From Anaeramoeba ignava BMAN (taxonomy: Eukaryota > Protista > Anaeramoebae), in assembly GCA_028826165.1 (NCBI GenBank), contig JAPDFW010000144.1, positions 47,001 through 111,000 of the forward strand: a DNA stretch of 64,000 nt. Reading direction: 5' to 3'. Positions 1 to 14,252 of the stretch are shown in pieces; positions within the stretch are counted from its first letter, which is position 1, and every line of letters starts with the position of its first letter. The notes under the pieces are model-generated. The model saw only the letters and a program-made list of their open reading frames with translations. It did not search any database and was not told the origin of the DNA. Position numbers and translations under genes: made by a program.

Positions 1-58
1 CAAAAAAACCAAAAAACAAAAAAATGCAAATATACCAATATTTAATTATGTATTCTAG

Positions 59-3000
59 CTTGCTGTGGCAAGAACTTCTGACATCCAAATTTATCATTTG
101 TTTTACCAAAATGGAGACTATCGTTTTTCGCTTTTTGCCACTTTGAAATACAAAGCAACCCAAATGTTCTGGTCTCCTCTTGACCGCTACTTTTCCATTT
201 ATTCGGAGAATCTAGTCATTCTTAGAATCAACGAAGAAAACCAATTCGAAAAATATTTTCAAATTCCCATTTTTTCCCCAATTATTGACTCACAATTTTC
301 TCCAGATGAAAGACTATTTTTTACAGTTTGCCAAAATGATCCATTTGTTAAAATTTGGTTCAATCAATCCAAATGTAACCGATTAATTTTTTTACAATTT
401 AAAATGTGATAATTTTTTAACTCGACAAAATTTGAAAAAAAAATAATTTTTTTTTTAAAAATTAATTTAGCAAAAACAAAACTCAACTTTATTTATCTGA
501 GACATCCAGCAAAAGTACTAAATGCTCAATGGAGGACAGGATACCCATTAATTTCTACAGTTCCAAGAAAGCAAAACTTACTTACATCATGTGCAGATGG
601 ATTATTAAGAATTTGGACAGAAGCAAATTTTTATGAACCGTTTATGTTTCTTCATAGTTGTATTTTAGAAAGCGTTCCGAACACTTTAGTTTGTTGGCTG
701 AACGCGAATATTTCTTCGCCAGCCAAAAAGGAGGATATTAAATTTTTCCCTATTCCTGAAAAGAATCCAAATTTTCAAATCAACGAAAATGAAAATTTTT
801 CAAAAGAAAAAAATCCAATCCAAACAAATCCAAAATTAAGAATTGAATATCAAAAAAACAATTTCATTTCGAGTTTTCATCAACATGAATATTATTCGCC
901 AGAAAATCACGAGGTTGAATATTTTATTGAAACTCCTTCAGAAAGAACTCGTGATTTAATTCTTGGAATTGATCCTGAAGGAACAATTATAATTTGGCTT
1001 ATTAAAGGATTATCAGAACAATCTAGAAAAATACCCAAAATCAAAGAATTTGCGAAATTCTATTATGCAATTAAACTGATCAATCCTCAATCTCAAATAA
1101 CCCATTTTTATGTTTCTCAAAAAAGCTTCAAATCATGGCCGTCTTTTCTTGCTGGCGACCATAAAACATTACTACCAAGTCACTTGAAAATTTTCACTCA
1201 AATCACTCATAATAATGTTTCATCTGATAATGATCCTTTAACTGAATTTACTTTTTGGGAATTGGAATTTGGCAAAGAAATCAAAAATAGATATAAAAGA
1301 TCCAATAATCCATCAAGAAACCATAAAAAGACAAATCCTATTTCTTTTCATAAGTTTCATCGGTTTCAAATATCATATTCACAAGATACAATTCATATTA
1401 AAGATCATATTCAAGAAAAAGAAAATCAAAATCAAAATATAAAAGAAAATCAAAATATAAAAGAAAATCAAAAAGAAAATATAAAAGAAAATCAAAATAT
1501 AAAAGAAAATCAAAAAGAAAATATAAAAGAAAATCAAAATCAAAATCAAAATATAAAAGAAAATCAAAATATAAAAGAAAATACTGACACAATTCATCAT
1601 ACTCTCCAAATTCTCAATTCTCCAATTACCTTACGCTCCAAAATAATCGGACATCCAAGTGAAATCATCAGAATAATTTCTCATAGTAATCTTCCAATAA
1701 TTGGATCTCTTGATATTAAAGGAAATTGTTTTATATGGGTTTATTCTGAATCAAGTTTCCAAACACATTCAAAATATCTTCGTATTCTAGGGTGTTTGAA
1801 CATGATTCCAAATGACAAAACTGTTTCTCCAAATAGTAAATTCAAGAATATTTTTTCTCTCCAGAAATTCCTCTTCTTTTTGCTCAAGATGCTAATGGAT
1901 TGCATTGCTTTTATGTTGACATTCATCTTGAAAACACAGCACATTCTCCTTTTAAATATTTGGGTGAGGTTTTAAATGCTCATGAATATAGTACAAAAAA
2001 TGATATTCTTAATGTTCAAATATTCATATCAACCCAAAAAAACCTTTTTTTGATTCTTTGCTTTGCTTCTTTTGATAGAAAGAATTTAGTTTTAAAGAAA
2101 ATCCCATTTTATCAAAAAAAAAACAAATTCAAAATTACTATTGATCCCAATTCAAACAATAAAATTGAAATTGGGATTGAATCCAATCAAGAAATTGCAA
2201 GTATTGCATCCACAGAGGATATTTGTCTGAGTTGTATTCCAGATTCATTGTTTAATCTCCTTGTAGCTGATTGCTCTGGAATTATCCATTTTTTCTCAAT
2301 AACATTAACAAATGAAGATGTAAATGAAAATTCATTCGGTTTTAATTGCAAAAAAATCCTCAAATTCCAAACTTTCCAAAAAAAAATCTCGAATATCAAA
2401 ACTCTAAATATTGATAAATTCGCAACTTTCAGTGCAAGTGATTCTTGCATTTGTATTTGGGCACTCAAGTCTTCATTTTCTGATTTCTATTTAGAACAAA
2501 AAATCAAAATCACAAAACCAATTCAACAAATGGATGCACAATTTGAATGGTTTGATCTCCACAATAACACAAATATCCTCACTGTTTGTGACGGTGCAAA
2601 AATTGTAATTTATGGCCCAAAACCTATTTTGCATCGCACAAACTTACAGAAATTAACTCCACAAAATGAAAAGGAAGAAAACCAAGAAACATCTCAACAA
2701 AAAAATAACTATTGGGAACCATTAGCAGAATTTGCTAATAAGGATTCTCAAAAAACCCCATTTCGCACATTTCAATGGAGCACAACAGGATTGCTTTTGG
2801 CAAGTTGCAAAGACACAATATATGTTGTTAACTCAATAAAGAAAACCAAAGAACAAATCAATGATGATTATTCTGATTCTGGAAAAGAAACTATTCTCGA
2901 ATTGATTCACCATCAAACAAAACTCTTGCCTTATTATCATTCTCAAAACCTCATCTCAGATCTTAAAGCAGGCAATTTCCAGCGACTTGATGCCTTGATT

Positions 3001-6000
3001 AAACATTTTTTTCAGTTTCTTCAACAGAAAATTGAAAATAACCAAAATATGATTCCTGATATTGAAGAAATGTTCAATTTCCATAAAAACAGCAACGAAA
3101 CAAAACAGAATTACGAAGACATATTCGAATTAAAAATCGAAAATGAAAATCAAAATGAAAATGAAAATCAAAATGAAAATCAAAATCAACCAGACAAAAA
3201 AGAAATTCTTGAGAAAATCAAATACTGGATTACTCAAGTCGATCTTTTCCCATCTCACGAATATCCAAAAGAGGAAGTTATCAAATTGATTTCTTTGATT
3301 GAACTTTTCTTCATGAAAGACAACCTCAAAGGAGCCTTGGATGATTTAGCCTTCCATTTCTTTTTGCAATTCAAATACAATCAAATTCTCAAAGAGAATG
3401 AACAACAATTCCAAATGAAAGAAGTTGAAGAACAAGATGATCAACAGGAAACCATTGGAAACATTGAATCGCAACAAGATTCAAGCATTGAGCACTACTA
3501 TTTCTCATCATCTGATATTGCTTGGGCTTTTCTTTCAGAATCCCAAGAGCAGCTAATAGAGAGTTGCTTGACATCTCCCGAGTTATTTCAATGGAAAAAT
3601 GTCAGAACACTTGGATGCGGTTATTGGATCAAATCACCCCAAAATCTCCAATCTCTTGCTGAGAAAATAGCCATTTCTGAATTCAAAAAAACTGGAGATC
3701 CTGAAGATTGCGCTTTATTTTATTTGGCAATGAGAAAGGTTTCTATTCTTTCAGGAATTTATAAAACAACCAAAGATTTCAAGCTTTCCAAATTCTTGCA
3801 AAACAACTTCCAAGAGGAAAGATGGAAAAGTGCAACCTTGAAGAATATTTACAAATTATTAGGATTTCGCAAATTTAAAATTGCTGCTAGTTTCTTTTTG
3901 TTAATAGGAAGAGTAGAAGATTCTATTAGTATTATTATCAAGAATATCCAAGATATTCAACTTGCTGTTTTTGTTGCAAGATTGTATTTAAGCGACCAAG
4001 ATGAAGCTTTCCAAAAATTAGTTTTTGAAAAATTTCTTCCTTTAGCAACAAATCAACAAGATGTATTTATTCAATTTATATTCAATTTCTGGGTCAAGAA
4101 ATATCAAGAATCTATTAATTGTTTACTTGGGATTTCTATCCAAAATACGCACAATTTGAAAGATATTGAGAAGGAAAATACAGATTTCAGATCAATCAAT
4201 CAACCTGGTGATTCTTCAATTATTCAATTCATCCAAATAATCAAACAAAATGAATTTATGAGAAATATTCAAATTCCAAAAGAGTTTTTTATAAATTATT
4301 ATAAGAATTTATTCCAATTACATGCAAAGCAAGGTTCTTCATTTCTTGCATTTGAGAGTTTGAAGCGTTTGGATGAATTATTAAATGGAGATTCTAAAAA
4401 AGATGATGAAAATACAGATTTTGAAAAAGATGATGAAAATACAGATTCTAAAAAAGATGATGAAAATACAGATGAAATTTTTGAAAATGATAATTCAAAT
4501 TTTGAAAATGATAATTCAAATTTTACAAATGATAATTCAAATTTTGAAAATGATAATTCAAATTTTACAAATGAAAATTCAGAAGATGAACTTGATGGTT
4601 TTGATTATGGTTATGGAGTTGGTTTTGGTGCTGTAAATAGATCTAATTTTATGTATGGAATTGATCTTGATAAAATTGAAGAAAATCAAATTGAAAATCA
4701 AATTGAAAATCAAAATAAAAATCAAAATAAAAATGAAAATGAAAATCAAAATGAAAATCAAATTGAAAATGAAAATGAAAATGAAAATGAAAATGAAATT
4801 CAAATTCAAAATCAAAATAGAAATCAAATTGAAAATCAAATTAAAAAAGGATTTCTTACAAAAGATTTATCAAGAGATGTTATAAAACACTTCCAAATTG
4901 AATTCTCCTTAGAATTGTTATCAGAATTTCTCCCACAAACAACACTAGAATTTTCATCCTTAGTTTTACCATTGCAATCAAACCCAAACAAAACACAAAA
5001 AAACTCTCATTTATTTGATGATAAGCCTTTCCAACAATTTTATCGGAATTTACACTTTATATCAAGTTATTTTAAAATACCAAAGAAAATATTAAAAAAT
5101 AGATTGATAAAATTTTGCCATTTAAGAAATGTTGATTATCCAGGTTATCTTTTCTCAAAGAAAAAAGAGAGAAAAGTTTATTATATCGAGATTCTTTCAG
5201 ATCAGATTTCGAACATAATTGAAGATAATGATATTGACCTTATCCACAAATTACCCAAAAAGAAAATTTTTGCATTTGCTCAATCGCTTTTGATTTTATA
5301 CAGATTGAGAAAATCAGCACAAAAAACAAAAGATCCAAGCCTGGAAAAAACTATTGCAAAAGCAACTTTTACATTGTATTTTGGGATATTCATTCTGGGG
5401 TTTATGGAAAGAAAATATGATATTATAAGAGATTTCTTGGCAAAAGAACCAAACGAAAAACATATGTTTCGGGAAGTGATTAAAAAATTGGAAGCGTTTA
5501 TCCAAGAATATATTCGCAACCATTTCCATCCGGATAATTTTGCTGGAATGGAAAGAGCCAAAACAGAAGATGATCTTTATGATTTGGAATTGAAGCAGAG
5601 ATTGGGGTTGATCGATAAACAGGAAATCAATAATGAGCAATTTGAATTGGAAAATATCAATACAAATATAAAATTGGAACAAAAAAAGCAACAAAAACAG
5701 GATGAGATGAGAGGAAAACAGAGCAAAGTTTTTTGTTCCTCATTAACCAATATCAGCAATGTTGCATTTCACTTATCCAAATTAACTGTTCTTCATTTTT
5801 TCAAGACACAATTAAAAATACAATTTGTGAAATGTTTTGGGACTGAAATGATTGAAACATCCCAAATGGAAAACCCGATTGAATCCGAGCAACAAATTTT
5901 AATATCAATGGAACATCTTAATTCGGAGGTGCGGAACCATCTTGTTCAATTTTATCAGCAAAATATAGACACAATCCATAGTTTTGCGTTGTTTATTGAA

Positions 6001-7680
6001 GAAATTCTCCACTTTAATTTCCAAGACGAAAAACACAATCGTTTGTGGAATTTTATGAGAACAAAATATAAGCATATCATTTTGGAAGTGATTCAAAATA
6101 GCATTTGCAGATCAAGATTCCATCATTTTGGAAGAGAAAGTTATAAGAGCCATCTCACAAAAAAACACTCATCAGAACCACCAATAGAGCAAACAGGACC
6201 ACGAGTTTTGGTCAACTCTATGGGACTATTCCGCTCATTTTGCATCAACAATCTCGACAAGAATCAATTCGCAATTGCAAGTACAAAAGGACTTCTTGAT
6301 ATTTCGATTGGAGACTCAGAAAATGAAAGATTTTTCCAACTTTATCACGAATATTTGGAACATGAATCCCTAACAAATCCTTCATCTTTCCATTTTTCTC
6401 AATGCGACTCTTCTCGAATCCCTAATTTGCATTCCCAATTAGATCTCAGGCCAAAACATCAATCTCAATATCAACACAAAAATAAAGAACAACAGAAACA
6501 AAACGATTTGGTTTCACCTACAAAAAAGAAAATTAAGAAAAAATTCCGCAACAAAAAGAACCAACCCAAAATTGCCCATAATTTGGAGAATTTTGAGAAT
6601 TTGGAACAAAAAACCGTTTTGGACGCACATTTTTTCAATGAAAAATTAAGTTGTTTGGATCGACCAATGCGTTACAAACTTTTGATTGATCTACCTAACT
6701 TGAAAATTCCCGAAAAACTAATTTCTGGACCTGTTTATAAATTTACAAAAAGTAGATTTTTAGTGGATGATCGAAGCCAATATTTGACGCAAAAGAAGCG
6801 CAAGATATACTCGTTGGTTTCAAGAGCAAAGCCGTGGAACTCTGCCAATTTCACGCTTGAGTCACACCATTCGAGTTGGGTTGAATCTCATCCAAAATCA
6901 CCCTTTTATATTTCATCAGGATTAAATGGAAGATTATTTTTTTTCGAATTCCAGAAAAAAATGCCACTTTATGAAATACAAAAACAGACGAACAAAAAAA
7001 TTCTCAAGGTGAATTTCACGCCTGATGGAAGACAATTTGGGGTTTCTGATGTTTCTGGGTTTGTGCGTTTGTGGAATTGCGACCACAAACAAAACGAACC
7101 GTTTCAACCTTTTTACAGTCTTGAATGTCATCTAAAAAGAGCGAATGATTTTTTGTTCATCAATTCAGGAAGTGTGATTGCAACTGTTGGCAAAACAGAT
7201 TCAAACACAGAAAACATCTCTTTATGGGATACACTTATGCCACCTATGAATAACCGAATTGCAAAATTTGACGTTTTAAATGATGGAAGTGCTTCATCAC
7301 TTGCGTTTTCCAAAAAATACAATCTTCTTATTTGCGGAGGAAAAAAAGGAAGTCTTCATGTTTTTGATCTTCGGAAATCACAGTTGCTTTTTTCTTCCAA
7401 ACGCAATCATAAAACAACTATCAAAACAATTGCGATTAATCATGATGAATCAGTTGTTTTTACTGGCGCAACTGATGGGTCAATAAACGCTTATGATTTG
7501 CCTTCTTTTAAACTTTTGGAGCAATTTAAAAGTGAGCATTCAAAAAGACTTCGTTTTAGAGATAAAGTTTCAACAAAAACAGTTGCTGCTTATGGTGTTA
7601 CTAGGATTATATCTTCTGGTGATGAAATTATTTCTTCTGGTGCTGATGGCAAAATTATTGCAAGACATTTCCAAAATTGA
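59..7680 (+). CDS. DMXL: Rabconnectin-3 alpha / DmX-like / Rav1 WD40 scaffold (V-ATPase assembly); 5'-partial, intron 375-470, apparent frameshift near 1850
   Basis: GTAACC..TTTAG intron joins ORF 65-409 to NFIYLRHPAK..QWR..NLLTSCADGLLRIWTE, in frame with ORF 644. Rav1p_C-like core (W.NVRTLGCGYW, DPEDCALFYLAMRK, FQEERWKSATLKNIYKLLG) and C-terminal WD40 repeats (HLKRANDFLF, ISLWDTLMPP). Confidence 0.85.
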
Positions 7681-7709
7681 TGATTATTTTTTCTTTTTTT
7701 CTTTTTGTT

Positions 7710-9440
7710 TTTTTTCTTTTTCAAAATTTAAAATGAATTTTATCAATTTAAATTTAATCCAAATCCATTTAAATCAAATCAAATCAAAGTCAATTTAAAA
7801 TGAATTTTATCAATTTAAATCTAATCAAAATCAAAGTCAATTTAAATCTAATCCAAATTAATTTTCTTTTTTTTTGATTAAAATTTAAAATGAATTTTAT
7901 CAATTTAAATCTAATCCAAATCCAAATCAATTTAAATCAAATCAAATCAAAGTCAATTTAAAATGAATTTTATCAATTTAAATTTAATCCAAATCAATTT
8001 AAATCAAATCTAAAATTTTTTTTTTGATTAAAATTTGAAATGAATTTTATCAATTTAATCCAAATCAAAGTCAATTTAAATCCAAATCCAAATTAATTTT
8101 TTTTTCTTTTTAAAATTTAAAATGAATTTTATCAATTTAAATTTAATCCAAATCCAAATCAATTTAAATCAAATCTAAATTAATTTTCTTTTTTGATTAA
8201 AATTTAAAATGAATTTTATCAATTTAAATCTAATCTAAATCCAAATCAATTTAAATCAAATCCAAATTAATTTTCTTTTTTTTTTCAAAATTTAAAATGA
8301 ATTTTATCAATTTAAATTTAATCCAAATCAATTTAAATCAAATCCAAATTAATTTTCTTTTTTGATTAAAATTTAAAATGAATTTTATCAATTTAAATTT
8401 AATCCAAATCTAAATCAATTTAAATCTAATCCAAATCAAAGTCAATTTAAATCTAATCCAAATTAATTTTCTTTTTTGATTAAAATTTAAAATGAATTTT
8501 ATCAATTTAAATTTAATCCAAATCCAAATCAATTTAAATCAAATTTTAAATCAAATCTAAATTAATTTTTTTTTGATTAAAATTTAAAATGAATTTTATC
8601 AATTTAAATTTAATCCAAATCTAAATCAATTTAAATCAAATCTAAATTAATTTTCTTTTTTGATTAAAATTTAAAATGAATTTTATCAATTTAAATCTAA
8701 TCTAAATCCAAATCAATTTAAATCAAATCAAAGTCAATTTAAATCAAATCCAAATTAATTTTCTTTTTTTTTTCAAAATTTAAAATGAATTTTATCAATT
8801 TAAATTTAATCCAAATCAATTTAAATCAAATCAAATCCAAATTAATTTTCTTTTTTGATTAAAATTTAAAATGAATTTTATCAATTTAAATCTAATCCAA
8901 ATCAAAATCAATTTAAATCAAATCTAAATTAATTTTCTTTTTTGATTAAAATTTAAAATGAATTTTATCAATTTAAATCAAATCCAAATCAAATCAATTT
9001 AAATCAAATCTAAATTAATTTTTTTTTTTGATTAAAATTTAAAATGAATTTTATCAATTTAATCCAAATCTAAATCCAAATCAATTTAAATCAAATCAAT
9101 TTTATCAATTTAAATCTAATCCAAATCAATTTAAATCAAATCTAAATTAATTTTTGATTAAAATTTAAAATGAATTTTATCAATTTAAATTTAATCCAAA
9201 TCTAAATCAATTTAAATCAAATCTAAATTAATTTTCTTTTTTGATTAAAATTTAAAATGAATTTTATCAATTTAAATCAAATCCAAATCAAAGTCAATTC
9301 AAATCAAATCTAAATTAATTTTCTTTTTTGATTAAAATTTAAAATGAATTTTATCAATTTAAATCTAATCCAAATCAAAGTCAATTTAAATCCAAATCAA
9401 AGTCAATTTAAATCAAATCTAAATTAATTTTTTTTTGATC
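7710..9440 (+). repeat. Tandem array of ~19 imperfect ~65-125 bp units, each containing AAAATGAATTTTATCAATTT
   Basis: Motif recurs at ~7731, 7797, 7887, 7959 ... 9254, 9341 and matches the start of the next gene at 9476-9497. Confidence 0.9.
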
Positions 9441-9478
9441 ATTTTTTTTTGATCATTTTTTTCTTTTCAAAATTTAAA

Positions 9479-11632
9479 ATGAATTTTATCAATTTTCAAA
9501 TTTTTTCAAAAGAAAATCAAGAAGATTTAAAAAATTATATTTTTCAAAATATTTCTAATTTTGGAACAAATTCAATTATGAATGGAAATGGATGGATTTC
9601 AAAACCTCAATCAAAATTTCCAAAAGAAATGATAATTTCATTTGGAAAAGAAATTTATTGTCAAAAGATTCAATTACTTTTTCATGAGAAATTAATTCCT
9701 AATTTATTAAAAATTTCTATTCAATCCAAAAATTCTCAATTTGAATTTCTTGGATTTGCAAAAACTCATGATAATCAAGAAAATAATTTTTTAGCAAGAG
9801 AATTAAGATCAATTTATATTGAAAAAAAATGTTTATCAATTTTAATTAGTTTTGAAGGATTTCATTCAAATATTTATAATTCAAAATCACAAGTAAAAAT
9901 TTAATTTATTAATCAAAAAAAAAATAATTAGGATAATTTTATTAATTTTTTTTAGATTGGAATTATAGTTATTAATGTTTATGGAAAAGAAATGGAAGAA
10001 TCATTTGAAGATTTAAATCAAAATCTAAATCAATTTAATCAAAATCCAAATCAAAATCTAAATCAATTTAATTCAAATTCAAATTCAAATCTTAATCAAT
10101 TTAATCAAAATTCAAATCTAAATCAATTTAAATCAAAAATTCAAATTCAAATCAAAATCAATTTAATCAAAAAATTCAATCAAAAATTCAAATTCAAATC
10201 TTAATCAATTTAATTCAAAATTCAAAAATCAAAATTTAATTCAAATTCAAATCTAAATCAATTTAATCAAAACTAAATCAAATCCTTTTAAATCAAAAAT
10301 GAAAATGAAAATGAAAAAAGAAAATAGAAAAGTAGAAAATAGAATTAAATCAAACAGACCAAAAATTGTAAACAAACTCCTTCAAGTTTTCCAAGAAAAA
10401 TGATATTCTTCAATTTATTTTCTAAAAATGGATAACAAGATCACAAGCTATCAAAGAAATCACACAAGAAATTTCAGAAGGAAATCAAAAATCATTAAAA
10501 TTCTAAATCAATTTGTTGAATTCAAAAAGTAAATCAAGTTTTTGAATCTTTAATTTTCTTTTCAAAATTTGTGGAAAATTATTTTCAATCAAAATCCAAA
10601 TCAAGAATCTAAATCAAATTAATTTGTGAAAAAATTCAAATCAAAATCTAAATCAATTTAATCAAAATTCAAATCTAAATCAATTTAATCAAAATCCAAA
10701 TCAAAATCAAAATCAATTTAAATTCAAATTCAAATCTAAATCAATTTAATCAAAATTCAAATCAAAATCAATTTCCTTTTAATGAAAATGAAAATGAAAA
10801 TGAAAATGAAGAAGTAGAAGAAGTAGAAGAAGTAGAATTAAATCAAACAGACCAAAAAATTGTAAACAAACTCCTTCAAGTTTTCCAAGAAAATGATATT
10901 CTTCCTTTATTTTCTAAAAAATGGATAACAAGATCACAAGCTATCAAAGAAATCACACAAGAAATTTCAGAAGGAAATCAAAAATTCCCATTAGAAATTC
11001 TTTCTCTTCTTTCTTCAAGATTGTTGAAAGAAAAAGTAAATCAAGTTTTTTTTGAATCTTTAATTTTCTTTTCAAAATTTGTGGAAAATTATTCTCAATC
11101 AAAATTTGTATTTTTTCAAGAATCAATCAAATTAATTTGTGAAAAACTTGGTGATTCAAATTCAAGAGTTAGTGTTTCATCAATTCAAACATTAATTTCT
11201 GTTTGTAATTTTATTGATAGAACAAATATTCTTAGAATTGCAATTGCTATTAATTTACCAGATCAAAAAACTCAAAGAAAACCTGGTTTATCACAAAAAC
11301 CTAAAACAAGATCAAGTTCAAAAAATGTTCAAAAAAATTCTTTTTTAGGAAAATTTTCTTGGAAACCAATTTTTGGACTTTTGAGGTTTATTCAAGAATT
11401 TATTATTAAATTTGGTATTGGAAAAGAATTTGAGTTGATAATGAAATGTGTTAGATTAGGATTATTAAATTCAAAAAGAGAAGTTAGGGAATTAGCTGTT
11501 TCTTTGTGTGGAATTATTTATAAATTAATTCCAATTACAAGTGAAAAACAAAAGGAAAAGAAATTATTTTCTTATTTAGGGAAAATTAATAATTTGCTTG
11601 TTAATCAAATCAAAGAAACATTTTCCAAATAG
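9479..11632 (+). CDS. CEP104: CEP104-like centrosomal/ciliary protein (jelly-roll domain, NQ linker, TOG domain); intron 9893-9955; linker disrupted
   Basis: GWIS..FPKEM..KIQLLFHE..LGF..DNQENNFLARELRSIYI..NIYN..Q|IGIIVINVYG matches the CEP104 N-terminus. LFSKKWITRSQAI, LLKEKVNQVF, EKLGDSNSRV and SKREVRELA match the TOG/HEAT region. Confidence 0.8.
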
Positions 11633-11639
11633 AATTTTT

Positions 11640-12390
11640 AAATTTCAAATCTAAATCAAATTTTAAATCAATTTTAAATCAAATTTAAATCAAATCTTAA
11701 ATCAAATTTTAAATCAAATTTTAAATCAAATTTTAAATCAAATTTTAAATCAATTTTAAATCAATTTTAAATCAAATTTTTAAATCAAATTTTAAATCAA
11801 ATTTTAAATCAAATTTTAATTAAATCAATTTTAAATTAAATTTAAATCAAATTTTAAATCAAATTTTAAATCAAATTTTAAAATCAAATCTTAAATCAAA
11901 TTTAAAATCAAATCTTAAATCAAATTTTAAATCAATTTTAAATCAAATTTTAAATCAAATTTTAAAATCAAATTTTAAATCAATTTTTAAATCAAATTTT
12001 AAATCAAATTTTAAATCAAATTTTAAATTAATTTTTAAATCAAATTTTAAAATCAAATTTTAAATCAAATCTTAAATCAATTTTAAATCAAATTTTAAAA
12101 TCAATTTTTAAATCAAATTTTAAATCAAATTTTAAATCAAATTTTTAAATCAAATTTAAATCAAATTTTAAATCAAATTTTAAATCAAATTTTAAATCAA
12201 ATTTTAAATCAAATTTTAAATCTTAAATCAATTTTAAATAAATTTTAAATCAAATTTCAAACAAATTTTAAATCAAATTTTTAAATCAAATTTAAATCAA
12301 TTTTAAATCAAATTTTTAAATCAAATTTAAATCAATTTTAAATCAAATTTTAAAATCAAATTTTAAATCAATTTTTAAAATCAAATTCAA
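11640..12390. repeat. (AAATCAAATTTT)n ~12-bp minisatellite between convergent genes
   Basis: Read directly from the sequence. Confidence 0.9.
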
Positions 12391-12485
12391 ATAAATTTTG
12401 TTGAATCTTTATTGATTCTGATTAAATTCTGATTAAATTCTGATTAAATTCTGATTAAATCTGCTTTGAAATCAAATAAAAGAAA

Positions 12486-14252
12486 TCAAGAACTCAAATG
12501 TTGAATATAATAGATGCTACTATCATAGATATTTTGAGGACAATCACTTCCTTCTTGAGTTCTTAATTCCTGACTGCAATCAAACATATTAAACTGTTTA
12601 TCAAAACAAAAACCAATTTCATGAAGAATAATCTTATCACCCATACCACGACAATGTATAGTAGCAAGTTTTCCAGTAGCAGCACGAACAGCAATATCAA
12701 TAAGATGATAAGAATACGCGACAGAATCTGAAGGAACTATATTTGCATTAGCAAGAAAATCTCCGGCAGAAGTATAAGCTCGAAGAATAAGCGCATGTTG
12801 AAAGTAATTTTCCTCAGTCCCTAATTCAGATAATGCACATGTTCCGTGATTTACCCAATTTGTTGCCCAGAAATCTTCAGGATTCGCAAAATCCCAAAAA
12901 TCAGGCCATAATATTGATAATAATGTTTTGAATGTTGATATTTCAGTTTCGTTAAATGGATAACTTGGTGTGCAATTGACTGGTATGTTTGCATCTGTTC
13001 TTGGAACAAATGTGTGAATTGAAAATGTTTTATACCAATCAGGTACTGAACAGTTTGGTGCATTAACACAATCAGAAAGTGGCCACCTTTTTAATATTAA
13101 ATTTAAAATTAAATTAAATTAGATTAAATTAAATTAAATTGAATTAAATTAAATTGAATTAAATTATATTGAATTAAATTAAATTAAATTAAATTAAATT
13201 AAATTAAATTAAATTAAATTAAATTAAATTAAATTAAATTAAATTAAAATAAATTATTGAATTATTATAATAAATTAAATTGAATTAAATTGAAATAAAT
13301 TAAATTAAATTAAATTAAATTAATAAATTAAATTAAATTAAATTAAATTAAATTAAATTGAATTGAAATTATAATAAATTGAATTATTATAATAAATTGA
13401 ATTAAATTGAATTATTATAATAAATTAAATTGAATTGAAATAAATTAATACAATAAATTGAATTGAAATAAAATAAATTAAATTAAATTAATAAATTAAA
13501 TTAAATTGAACTAATAAAATAAATTAAATTGAATTGAACTAATAAAATAAATTAAATTAAATTGAATTATTGAATTAAATAAATTGAATTAAATTGAACT
13601 AATAAAATAAATTAAATTAAATTAAATTATTGAATTAAATTATTGAATTAAATTGAAATTAAATTAAAATAAATTAAATTAAATTAAATTAAATTGAATT
13701 AAATTGAATTAATAAATTAAATTAAATTAATAAATTAAATTAAATTAAATTAAATTAAATTAAAATAAATTAAAATAAATTAAAATAAATTAAAATTAAT
13801 AAATTAAATTGAATTAAATTAAATTAAATTAAATTAAATTAAATTAAAATAAATTAAATTAAATTAAATTAAATTAAAATAAATTGAATTGAATTAATAA
13901 ATTAAATTAAATTGAACTAAATTGAATTGAATTATTAAATTAAAATAAATTAAAATAAATTAAATTAAATTAAATTAAATTAAAATAAATTAAATTAGAT
14001 TAAATTGAATTAATAAATTAAATTGAATTAAATTAATAAAATAAATTAAATTAAATTGAATTAAATTGAATTATTGAATTAATAAATTAAAATTAAATTG
14101 AACTAATAAATTAAATTAAATTATCTCTGCATTTGGAAATAAAATTTATTATTGTTTTACATCATTTTAAAATGATAATAATCAAAAACATCTGCAGTTG
14201 ATCCAAAATTAAAAATTAAAAATAAAATAATTGAAAATAAAAGAATTTTCAT
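12486..14252 (-). CDS. Secreted ribonuclease T2-family protein, two exons (14252-14161, 13086-12486)
   Basis: Spliced translation: MKILLFSIILFLIFNFGSTA-DVFDYYHFKMMWPLSDC...FSIHTFVP...C...LWPD...FWATNWVNHGTC...IHC...EIGFCFDKQFNMFDC...C. Signal peptide, CAS I and CAS II motifs and the T2 cysteine pattern are present. GT-AG intron 13087-14160 is filled with (TTTAA)n. Confidence 0.85.

Noticed and set aside
1845-1900. Programmed frameshift in the DMXL gene (likewise FEN1 ~16455, ankyrin ~58030/58420, dynamin exon 1)
   Set aside because: Single-base shifts at or near homopolymers in conserved genes are best explained by long-read consensus errors.
7710-9440. CRISPR-like array (constant repeat with variable spacers)
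   Set aside because: The spacers are variants of the same low-complexity sequence, there are no cas genes, and the context is eukaryotic.
10260-10640. Degraded internal duplicate of the CEP104 TOG start (copy of ~10740-11140)
   Set aside because: A scrambled patchwork inside a repeat; most likely a polishing or mis-mapping artefact.
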